Source of the DNA: Octopus vulgaris
Lineage: Eukaryota
DNA: 64,000 nucleotides
Reading direction: 5' to 3'
Assembly (NCBI GenBank): GCA_951406725.2
Contig: OX597815.1
Location: 101,494,001 to 101,558,000, forward strand
The notes under the pieces are model-generated. The model was not told the DNA's origin. It was given only the letters and a program-made list of their open reading frames with translations, and searched no databases. This document shows positions 52,620 to 64,000 of this stretch, piece after piece (positions within the stretch are counted from its first letter, which is position 1; the number at the start of each line of letters is the position of its first letter). The position numbers and the translations under genes are program-made.

Positions 52620-52830
52620 CATGTTGATTCGCTAGCTTCTGCACGCATTTTTTTCTCTCCTTGTTTCTCTCCGTGTTTCTTTTCTGTGTATCTTTCTGTT
52701 GAAGAGCGTAGGCTCGAAACGTAAAAGACTTGTTTTATTTATATTCCTGAGCGCCATACTAATACAATTGTTTGTTTGTATTCCACCTGCCTTCGTCTTT
52801 TGTTTATTTTCATAAAGCTTCCCGTTATAT
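52620..52830 (+). mobile_element. Short (TA)n-flanked element with hammerhead-like motif at 52691-52728
   Basis: tcttt CTGTTGA a gagc-gtag-gctc GAAA cg TA aaaga. The tail is homologous to 51690-51770 and, on the reverse strand, to 19393-19470. Confidence 0.75.
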
Positions 52831-52843
52831 GTATGTATATGTA

Positions 52844-52900
<57 letters not shown>

Positions 52901-53208
52901 ATGTATATATGTATATATATGCATATGTATATGTATATATATGCATATGTATATGTATATATATGTATATGTATATATATGATATGTATATGTATATATA
53001 TGCATATGTATATGTATATATATGCATATGTATATGTATATATATGTATATGTATGTATATGTATATATATATGTATATGTATATATATGTATATATATG
53101 TATATGTATATATATGTATATGTATATATGTATATGTATATATGTATATGTATATATGTATATATATGTATATATATGTATATATATGTATATATATATA
53201 TTTATATA

Positions 53209-53246
<38 letters not shown>

Positions 53247-53255
53247 CATACATGT
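52828..53255. repeat. (TA)n/(TATATG)n low-complexity tract
   Basis: Direct reading. Confidence 0.95.
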
Positions 53256-53403
53256 ACTTCAGTTATATCCGTGAGATACATGTTTTTAAAATCTATCATG
53301 TTACAACGAATACGATATTAATGTAGGAAACAACCACAATATTAATATATATATATATATATATATGTTTGTAGATATCTCTCTCCCTCTTTCTTTCTCT
53401 CTC

Positions 53404-53453
<50 letters not shown>

Positions 53454-54401
53454 TAAGGAGAGATACTTCCACGCATTCACATCAATATTTAATGTACTAC
53501 AGTGGAATACAATTATAGCCAAAGGAATCAACTCAGTATATAGCTGGTACTTAATTTATGTATTACAAGATTGAAATTTAAAGTAGAACATACTGATTCC
53601 TAAAACATGAAAACCTAAATTTTGCGATAATGATTATTCAAAATTTGACCGAAACTTTATTGAATCGATCCCGGAAGGATAAACAGCAAAGTGAACCCTG
53701 GTAAGATTTGTAATCAGAACGGAAAAAGTAGCGCTACCATTTCTGTCATTGCAGCACTTTAGTGAAAAGAAAGGAAAATAAATTCTATTTTAAAATCTGA
53801 ATAGTAATCTGTGTACTTCCCAAGTCACATATTAAGTTCTGTTTCTGTTCTAAGAATGAACTAGTCTTTAGTGAACCGAAAAGAAATATTAATTAACTGA
53901 AGGCTTTTCAAGATCCATTTACATAAATCTGGATGTTATTAAGTGTCAAGTTTTGCTTCCTACCATTTTTGACAATTTCCCTGTTTTAATTTTGGATTGA
54001 AAAGAAAAAAAAAGAAAAGAAAAGTAAAAAGGAAGAAAGAAAGAAAGGAAGAAAAGAAGGAAGAAGGAAAGAAAGAAACTAAACGATTCCATCTTCTGAT
54101 AAATTTGTCTAATTAAAATTTGAAATAGGTTTGCACGTTGAGAATATCAGATTGCTCTCAAAGAGAAAGACTTGGTGACAGTCAACATTCTTACTATGCA
54201 GAAGTAGTGTTATGTCGACAGTTATGGATTAAGAAGACAGTAACTACGGGTTCTGTCCCTGGCCAAAGAACGTAATTGATTTGGTTGCAGTTAGACTGGT
54301 AATGACTTTAGTCAGTAAATGTTAGTAAAGCATATCACGGATACTTTTTCTCTTACACTTGTTTCAGTCTTTGAACTGCGGCCATGCTGGGACAAGACCT
54401 G

Positions 54402-54497
<96 letters not shown>

Positions 54498-54589
54498 CAC
54501 AATACATATACGAGGGATGTATGAAAAGTCTTGAGCCTCAAAAACACAAAACATGGTACAAGACCTCTGATGAAGGTTCTTGAATTCAG

Positions 54590-56010
54590 TGTTTTACTTT
54601 TATTGCTTATTTTTTTACAACTTTTTACACATTTTTCTGTATTTTACCTTTAGCCCTGTTTTTTCTTGTGCCTGTGCGTCTATAGACGTGTGTATGAACC
54701 TTATCTTTTTTTGTACGCGTGTGTATGTGCGCGTATATAGACGTGTGCAGGTATATGTGTGTATAGACGTGTGTGTGTGCGTGCATGCGAGTATGTGCGT
54801 ATATAGACGTGTTTTACTCTTATTGCTTATTTTTACCCTTTTTTTACACATTTTTCTGTATTTAGCTTTTAGCCCTGTTTTTTCTTGTATATGTGCGTAT
54901 ATCCTGTTAAAAATTGTTGACAAATTGTTGCGTAAAGAACAAGCCGGATTTAGGAAGAACCGTTCATCTGTAGATCAAATCGCCACTCTTCGCATCATCT
55001 TAGAGCAAAGCACAGAATGGAATGCACCGCTTTATATTAACTTTATTGATTTCGAAAAAGCACTTGATAGTGTAGATAGGGAAGGCTTATGGAAAATTAT
55101 GCAGCATTATGGCTTATCAGACAAGTATATATCTATAAGAGCAACTTACCAAGGAATGTCATGCCGAGTCTTCCATGGAAACGGAGCTACAGATAAATTC
55201 GAAGTAAAAACAGGAGCTCGACAGGGCTGTATACTTTCTCCCTTTTTGTTTCTACTAGTTATAGATTGGATTATGAAGGAAACTACGATTGAAAGCCAAA
55301 CAGGCATTGAATGGACGGATTCAGAAGCTCTAGAAGATCTCGACTTTGCCGATGATATAGTGCTACGTTCACAAACATATAGCCAAATGCAAAATAAAAT
55401 TTTTAACACTAACGCAAAAGCGGTGTTATTGTATGGGGCTAAGACATGGCGAACAACAGTTAAGTCAAATAAGCAAATACAATCATTCATCAACAGATGC
55501 TTGCGTAGTATACTTAAGATTAGATGGCCTGAACACATAAGCAATATGGAGCTATGGCAAAGAACAAATCAAGTTTCGATTAGGGAGCAAATATATAAGA
55601 AAAAGTGGATTGGTAGCACAATTAGAAAAGACACACCAAATGTAGCGAAAAGTGCTTTACAGTGGAATCCGGATGGATATAGAAAGAAAGGTAGGCCTAA
55701 GAATACGTGGCGTAGATCAACACAAAAGGAACTAGAGAAAGGGGACATTCATGACAGAGTATAAGTACAAAAGCGAAAAATTATGCGACATGGAATTCAA
55801 CTATAAGTGGCCTATACTCCGCGTTGGAGGGTTAAAGGCAGAAGAAGAAGAATGTGCGTATATAGACGTGTGTATGAATCTTTCTTTTTTATGTGCGCGT
55901 ATATAGACGTGTGCAGGTATGTGCGTATATAGACGTGTGTGTGCGTGCATGCGAGTATGAGTGTATATAGACGCTTGTATGAACCTTTTTTGTGCATGTG
56001 TGTGTGTGTG
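54590..56010. repeat. ~220-bp tandem repeat, second unit interrupted by the RTE insertion
   Basis: gttttact.ttattgcttattttt at 54591 and 54811; the unit resumes at 55852. Confidence 0.8.
54903..55851 (+). mobile_element. 5'-truncated, internally deleted RTE-clade LINE (RT domain) with TSD
   Basis: EQAGFR...FIDFEKALDSV...GARQGCILSPFLF...LDFADDIVL; (GAA)n tail; 12-bp TSD ATGTGCGTATAT at 54891-54902 and 55852-55863. Confidence 0.95.
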
Positions 56011-56485
56011 TGTGCGAGCGTGTATGCAGGTATGTATATATATATTTTTGCGAATGTGTAGATGAGCATGTGTGTGTTTCAAATGAGGGTGGATGAGTAT
56101 ACACATATAGGCGCATGTACGTGGGTGTGCGGGCGCGCATGTGTATATATGGACATGCGTGCTCATGGATACGTGATTACTATGAACATTTTTACTCCCT
56201 TAACTTTACTCCCTCCCCTTACTTAGCGGTCATTCAAATAGCTCTTTTGGTTTAATAACAGTCAATCACACAGTAATTTCCCTTTGTTTAACGGTCATTT
56301 TCATAGCATTTTTTCCGATGGCCCGATAAGTGAAGAAATGCCGGCGTGGGTTTCCGCTCCGACATCTGAAACTCGGAGTTTTAACATGGCTACTGAATAA
56401 TTGTCACATATTTTATTTACAGATAAATTCCTCTATTTACGTAATATCGAGGTCTCTTTCATTCTTTTGTTGTATTGCCATTTCT

Positions 56486-56539
<54 letters not shown>

Positions 56540-56540
<1 letters not shown>

Positions 56541-56700
56541 ACGATGAACTTCTTTCATTCTTTCAGTTTATGTCTATAAATCCCCTCACAAGGCTTTAGT
56601 CGATCCGCAGCTGTAGTGGAAGAGACTTGTCTAATGTGCTGCACAGTGGGACTGAACCCAAGACTACGTGGCTGGAGGCAAACCACTTTACACAATTCGT
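56540..56700 (-). mobile_element. SINE family A, diverged 5' part
   Basis: ctcacaaggctttagtcg...cagtgggactgaaccc. Confidence 0.7.
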
Positions 56701-57295
56701 GAACTACAGAATCGCTGGCTACTGGCTTCTGGTGCACCAGTCATTCGTTAGCTACTTTTTGCAGTGACATGGGTGTATCTATAACTGGATTCAGAACAAA
56801 TATCACAAAATATTTTGTTGAAAGAATTTTCGGTTAACTTGCCGATGTTTTCATATTTTGATGAATATGCATGTGTATGTGTGTGTGTGTGTGTGTGCGC
56901 GCGTATGTGTGTGTGTGTGCGTGTGTGTGTGTGTTCTGTGTGTGCGTATGTTTTGTGTGTGTGTGTGTGTGTGCTAATATATATGCATGTGTGCATGTGT
57001 GTAGGTGTGTGTATATGTGTGTGAGTATGTGTAGGTGTGTGTATATGTGTGTGAGTATGTGTAGATGTGTGTGTGTGTATGCGCATGTGTATGTGTGTGT
57101 GTATGTATGCATACATATGTCCCCTCATTTGTGAGGGTATACATAGATGATGAAAGGAAATTTAAATATGTTTTAAAATGTAAAGATCCGCTGGTTCATT
57201 TTTGGTACAGAAAACATCTATTTGAATATGTAGAGTGGATATACTATATTTGACAAACTAAATACACGTTGACTAAAACAGTTATACTATCCTGC

Positions 57296-57790
57296 AGCTT
57301 ACATGTTATATCCTTCCAGAGCTGTCAGCCAACACAAGTTTTGTATTGTCTTTCGCCATCTGCTTCTGTCCTCACTCCCTCTTTGTCGAACCTCAGTCGA
57401 TTTCATTCCCACACCCTTTGTCCTTCTGACTTGTTTTTTTTTTAGCGTCTTGCGTCGGTGGCCTCTCAACTTTCTTGTGGTTCCCATATAAAAGCAAGTC
57501 TTGTAATTCCAGTGGGCCTCTTCTCTCAACATCTGTCCAGTGCAGCTTCATGTTTTCTTCCTGATAGCAGCTGGTACATGTTTTGACCACCGTTCTCTAT
57601 GACTTCTTTTTCCTAAATTTTTTTTCTTTCAACTTCTCTCACTTATTTTGAAGCGTTTTCATAAAGCATTTACTTCCAGATAACTTTGGTTGATACTTTT
57701 GGAAGGGTTGTGAAAGGCCTGTACATCAACCATATCACAGAAATAGATTCATACGAACTATATAAGTATCTATTATTGCTCAACAGGGTT
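57296..57790 (-). mobile_element. Decayed RTE-like LINE 3' fragment
   Basis: Minus-strand peptides such as GKLRGHRRKT and EDRSRWRKTIQNLC resemble the RTE C-terminus. Confidence 0.6.
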
Positions 57791-57859
57791 CATAAACTGA
57801 TATCATTCGTAGTCTGGAAATTGTATTTATAGTGTTAAAGGAGAGATGGTTGAAGAGAA

Positions 57860-57904
<45 letters not shown>

Positions 57905-58284
57905 TCCGGGTTGATTCGGGTTAATCGAAATAGTACTCAATACATAGCAGAGTAAATAATTATTATATATACATATGTATATATGTGTGTATGTGTATAT
58001 ATGTGTATATAGGACTTTGTGTTGTGTGTGCATGTGTGTATATGGATATGTGTGTGTATGCGTGTATTGTATGTGTGTGTATGTATATATATTTTTCTGT
58101 GTGTATATGATGGTGCGTGTGTGTATATATACACGTGTGTATATGTGTATGCATGTGTGTGTGTGTTGTTTTATATGTTTTTTTTATGTATATATATATA
58201 TATATATATGTGTATGTAGATATGTGTATGTATGTGTATGTGTATATATATGTATATGTGTGTGTGTGTATGTGTGTGTATATA

Positions 58285-58375
<91 letters not shown>

Positions 58376-59410
58376 CTTATACTAACATCCCACAGGTCAT
58401 GATTTTGCTTTTCGTGCAAGTGTTTAGTTGTCTGTAATGCTGCAACATGATTAATTGCCCAGTCTTTTAGATAAATGAGTCATACCCATTTTATGATTCC
58501 AAAAACCTAAAGGATTACCCAATATATCCTATTACTTCTTTGTCGAACTCACGAAATCCTCATCATCTTCATCTTCATCACGGATTCAATTTAATGTCTG
58601 TATGACTTCAAAAGTTGTCAATAGCTTGTTTGTATTTGTTAATCGCTTGTTTGAATTTGTCAGTTACTTGTTTGTATTTTACATATAAATAACCAGGAAC
58701 AGAACAGGAAAATCTATAGGGTATCATTTTATTTCTTTAGAGAACATTTCTGATTTCGGAGTTAAACTATTGAAAAGGTTGCAAGAAGCAAAGAAAATTT
58801 TAGGAAAATAAAAATAAGAAATAAGTGGAAATTTCACCGGCGAGTGTGTTAAATTATAAGGCGCAAAAAGAAAATGACTCTCCCCAGACACAACAGAATA
58901 TGCTTCAACACACAAACTCACATAAAGAATCCAAACCAAATCCAAAAACGAAATAAGGTCTTCTGAAAATATCAAGGAAAAAATATTTTTTCGCGTTCTG
59001 TTCAGAAAGATAATGAAGTATCACTTTTCATTCAGATAGTAAACAGTATGAACTTAGAGTTAAGCCCCGTCACTCCGAAAATAATAGAAATTCTGATAAT
59101 TACTAGTTGTGGATTCTCCATTGGTATCGACGATGATTATTTAATTGGTTGATTATCGGAATTCCTACTCGTTAAATTGTTACCGACGGAGTATTCCAGT
59201 GACGCATGTACCTTTAACATAATTCCCAGGCTGTATTAGTGTGACACAATGTGATGAAACTGTACATTAGAATTACATATATTCGTGCATACATATGTGG
59301 GCTCCGGGAGAATATTTTGTTTGTATTGATGGAAGTGGGCAGATGCTGAAAGCATTAAGTCTACCTCTTCCATATATTACAAGTCTTTCAGAACAATCTG
59401 TTTTAATCAA

Positions 59411-59531
59411 TTGACTTTAGTATGCTAAGGCTCTTCCTACAGGGTTCCCTAATTTCTTTGAGCACGTCCCAGAAGGCCTTCATGTTATTTTTTGCCTCCT
59501 TTTATCCTGCTGTTGTGTATAACGAAATCAA

Positions 59532-59569
<38 letters not shown>

Positions 59570-59713
59570 CGTCCAACAATACTATTTGTTCCACGTCCTC
59601 GCGTTGGTGTGTTTTTTTGTGTTTTCTTGTTTGGATTAACTATATATATATATATACACATACATACATACATAATACATACATACATACATACACATGC
59701 ATAGATACATACA

Positions 59714-59753
<40 letters not shown>

Positions 59754-59971
59754 CATACATACATACACGTACATACATACAATCATATACCTATATATGT
59801 ATTATGCATGTATGTATGTATGTATGTATGTATGTATGTGTATATATTTATGGTTGATTTCGTTATACACAAGACTGGGATAAAAGGGGCCAAAAATAAC
59901 ATGAAGGGATTCTGTGACGTGCTGAAAGAAATTAGAGAACCCTGTAGGAAGAGCCTTAGCATACTAAAATC
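59411..59971. repeat. ~125-bp inverted repeats around a microsatellite spacer
   Basis: 59411-59537 vs 59848-59971. The spacer contains a 75-bp fragment (59569-59642) homologous to 36781-36855. Confidence 0.9.
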
Positions 59972-60007
<36 letters not shown>

Positions 60008-60109
60008 CCCGAGCCGGTGAGGAATCTACTCTGTATTTATCCAAACTGTAAGAAATAGTGACTGCTTCTCTCTCAAATCACATCCTACCGTCTTAGGAAG
60101 TGAGGAATG

Positions 60110-60480
60110 ATATACCGGATAATGTGGACAGATACGAAAAAATCCTGCAGATTAAGCAGAGTTAGCTGGAAAATAGGGTAGTTTTAGAAAAGCCGAAAGT
60201 TAAGAGATACCATATTGCCAAGAATCAATTCCACATGCTATTATATTTTGGACATACAATGCACCACGAGTTATTGCCCAAGATAATCCTGATAGAAAAT
60301 GAGGAGGGGAAGAGAGCGAGACACAGGCAAAGACGTCTAAGGATTGATGACATGAAAGAATGGATTGGAAACAAGAGCTAGTCTGATTGTATGTACCCAA
60401 TACAACACAAAGATAACTGGAGAGTCCTTGGCGCGCTGAGGGCCCTGGACACAGGTAAAGCAGCTTGATGATGACGATGT
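60110..60480 (+). mobile_element. Decayed RTE-like LINE 3' fragment
   Basis: Remnant frame LLYFGHTMHHE..KIILI...EGKRARHRQRRL...DDMKEWIG and a (TGA)n-like tail. Confidence 0.65.
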
Positions 60481-60494
60481 TTGAAATGTCGAGA

Positions 60495-60699
60495 TGGCCA
60501 CATCTCCTCCTCTGCCTCCTCCTCCTCCCATCTTCCTTCTCCTCCCCAACTTCCTCCTCATTCTCCCCTCCCCCTCCTCCTCATCTGCCTCCTCCCCCTC
60601 CCATCTTCCTCCTCCTCTCCAACTTCCTCCTCATTCTCCCCTCCCTAACCCTCCCCTCCTCCTCCTCCTACTACTACTACCACCAGAACCACCACCACC

Positions 60700-60790
<91 letters not shown>

Positions 60791-60810
60791 CTCCTCCTCC
60801 TCCTCCTCTA
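60495..60810. repeat. (CCT)-rich / (CCA)n / (CTA)n compound tract
   Basis: Direct reading; explains the poly-P/Y/L ORFs. Confidence 0.92.
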
Positions 60811-62589
60811 TATACCCATGTCTGTAATGAGTGAGGATCACATTGGTAAACGGAAATTTCTAAGTCCTTTTGATACGCCGGAGTTGAAGTTGTGATGACG
60901 TAGGAGAATGCAACGGTAACAGTTGATCACAGTGAAGTCTGCTGGAAAAAGCAAAAAACTTTCCTTTCAGATTCTGTTTTCTAGATTACCTTACAGTATC
61001 ATATCCCAAGCTCTTGTAGGATGGATACCAATAAATAGTTACTTTCTAACTGCCAGATCTGTCAGCCTAAAGCATATGAATTAGAAATGTTTGTTATAAT
61101 TTCTTGCAGGTGATTATCATAACCAAGATAACTACGGCTTTTATACGATGGTTCGACCAATCGGAAATATTATCCAAATTTCTATCAAATCCTACCCCAC
61201 TGTGTTAAAAGAAAACTTTAAACAATGTGTTGTAAGAAAAAGAACGTTGATCACGATTAGGACGTCTTTTAATGAGAGGTTTGTTAGATCAGAGCTTACC
61301 TGCGATGAACAACAATAACAAGACACTATATGGGCGACGATGATGCTGGCAACAAATTTACGAGACAAGGGTGTGGGGGGAAGAAGAAGAAGAAGAAGAA
61401 GCATGAAGCTAGTTGAATATAAGAACAATAAACTTCGAACAGCAAATTTTCGTACGCTTCAAGAACTTTCTTGTAACTGTAGAATGGTGGAAGTAGACAA
61501 AGATTAGAAAGAAGAAAAAAAGAGGAAGAGGAGACGAAATACGCGGGTAGAAAAACAGACCGATTAGGATTAGTTACTATAATACGTGAAGTTTTTGCTT
61601 AAATTAAAAAGAAATGTTTATCGATCGGACGTTCGTATAAACTCCAGGAAGATATGTATAAGAAATATTTGCTAATCGATAGCGTCCCGTTTGTGGGGCA
61701 ATTTTTCCATTCTTGTTTTCAACTGGTAAATTTAATGTCTAGAATACGTTTGCTAATCAGTAAAGCGGTCGCCGCTTAGTGGTCCGGTGTCTCGCATTTC
61801 TGTTTTAAAGCAGTGTCGTAATGTCTGGATTACGTTTACTAATCACTGACGCGATAGGCCAACGTCTTCCCTTCGTGTTAAATCAGCATTTGTAATGACT
61901 ATTTATAATTCTCCGTGTTAAATCAGTATTTATAACGAGTAATATCATATTTATTAGAAGTGTAATAATTTGGAAAAAAAAAAATACAAAAAAAACCCCA
62001 AACCCAAACCAAAACAAACAAAATACCCCAAAATTACAATTACACACTTTTCTTAGTGGTATTGAAGTTTATTATAACAAAGTGAGTGGCTTGCATCGGT
62101 TGCTTTGGCTTTAATCTGGATGGAAACGCAGGACTCAAACTAACCGAAACACCATCTACATAGAATGGGCGGGAAACAGAATCAATTTACGTGTGTTATT
62201 AGGTTGGCATCACTCGACTCACTCGCATTTATCTTTTCTTTTCCCATTTTTGTTTTCCTTTTTACAAATGTTTCCCCTTCCTTTCCTTGTGCAGGTGGTG
62301 ATGAATTGACGAGAGACATCATGCTTTGTAACTAAACTGATCCCTTATGGTTGCAGTGAGGATGGGGACGCTAACAACAGAGCCTGCAATACCAGTTTAG
62401 TTTCTTACTGCTATTACACCAACAGATCATCAAGAACAACTTCATTGTTTTAGAGAATCAATTTCTTTTATTCATTCGTCTGTTTATTTATTATATTTAT
62501 CTTTATTTTTATTAATTTCTTTTCCCTTTCTCTGTCACTGTATACACGCACACGTACGCGCGCGCATAAACACACACACATTCATATAT

Positions 62590-62646
62590 GCACACACACA
62601 TAAATATGTATGTATATATGTATATATATGTATATCTATCTATCTG

Positions 62647-62705
<59 letters not shown>

Positions 62706-62718
62706 GTCCATCTCTCTC

Positions 62719-62777
<59 letters not shown>

Positions 62778-62815
62778 TACATATATATAATATATACATA
62801 TATATAAATATATAC

Positions 62816-62846
<31 letters not shown>

Positions 62847-62878
62847 AATATAAATATATACATACACACACACATATA

Positions 62879-62952
<74 letters not shown>

Positions 62953-62990
62953 CATACTTATACATATATATGTACAATATGCATACACTT
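62590..62990. repeat. (TCTA)n/(TA)n compound microsatellite
   Basis: Direct reading. Confidence 0.95.
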
Positions 62991-63865
62991 ACAACGCACA
63001 TGCGCTTACATTTGATACGACGTTGTCAATCGCTAGCAATCATAACTGCTTTCCTTGTCATGTGGCCACCAGTTCCCTAATATCCTTCTAGTGGGCTGTA
63101 GAAATTCATGACATTCACGTTTATATGTTTTATTTAGTAACTTTCTTTCTATGGTATCTCTCGAACGTAGGTGGAATCGAGTATGGGTTCTTCGCTCTTC
63201 TTGTTGCTATGTATACAAAGATGTGTTTGTGCAATCTTTCATGCTATATTTAGTTAGGCTTTTTTCCTGGTGAGGTGATATTCCAAATTTGGTTATTCTG
63301 CTAGCCGTAGAATTTCACATTTAGAACCATATTTATGATTGAGATCCATCTTGAAGGCATGATATTTCTTTACAAAATTAACATATAACATTTAGGTTTT
63401 TACACCATGCAGTGCATAGGGCGATTTCCCTGCAGATCTTACATTTGAGACTGGTGGAAACGTGATCATTGTCCAGAGGCATAAACATACTTATCAAAAC
63501 GCTATACTTATCTTTGACGTCCTCTTCTATAGCTTAACGGGTATATATATTCGTCTTTTAATACCGTACGACCAGGATATGTAAACACTTGTACAGTTTA
63601 CAGAAAATGCCAGCAACTCTGATATTTCTTCGATGCCATAGAGCTTGGCTGGAATAGTACTTTTTTAAAATTCTTTCCTTTAGGTCAAATATTTTAGATA
63701 TAGTGGAAAATGCATATACGACCGTCTGTGGATGATGAGTGATCAGCAACCTACCATCCGATACAGTGATTATGTTGCTAGAATTTTTATGTGTGGTAAT
63801 TTCGTTTTTGTTTTAAGATAGGCAATATTGAAGTTAGGCGGAGTTATATATACAGTTAGGTGGAG

Positions 63866-63933
<68 letters not shown>

Positions 63934-64000
63934 ATCCTAAAGATCGTGGAAAGCCTGCTCTAACCTTGCTGCAAGGATGATGGAGACAGTGTAGGTACCA

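Noticed and set aside
54580-54902. N-terminal part of the 394-aa ORF as a membrane-protein/RT fusion
   Set aside because: It is read-through of the flanking 220-bp tandem repeat upstream of the TSD.

Overview
AT-rich, extremely microsatellite-rich eukaryotic DNA, non-coding or intronic. The SINE families and the (TA)n/(CA)n/(TATG)n/(TCTA)n load resemble octopus (cephalopod) genomic sequence; this is inferred from repeat content only. I recognise no intact host gene, and nearly all ORFs in the track are microsatellite translations. The window holds at least three tRNA-headed SINE families (many copies, one nested with a 12-bp TSD, one forming a 184-bp tandem array) and decayed LINE fragments (RTE, CR1/L2-like, R4/Dong-like, an ORF1-only L1/Tx1-like element). 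It also holds mariner remnants, two hAT MITEs, nested Helitrons, a Helentron-type element and a Penelope-like GIY-YIG fragment. The most notable signals are: (1) about nine minimal type-I hammerhead-ribozyme motifs in short elements, mostly beside (TA)n tracts, one apparently intact with a U3-A8 covariant core between 95-bp inverted repeats; (2) six consecutive unrelated foldback structures at 48.2-51.6 kb; (3) an ORF1-only retroelement sharing a covarying 3' stem-loop tail with the Nin-type SINE; (4) an R4/Dong-like element apparently targeting (CATA)n. Coordinates were read by eye, and the boundaries of decayed elements are approximate.
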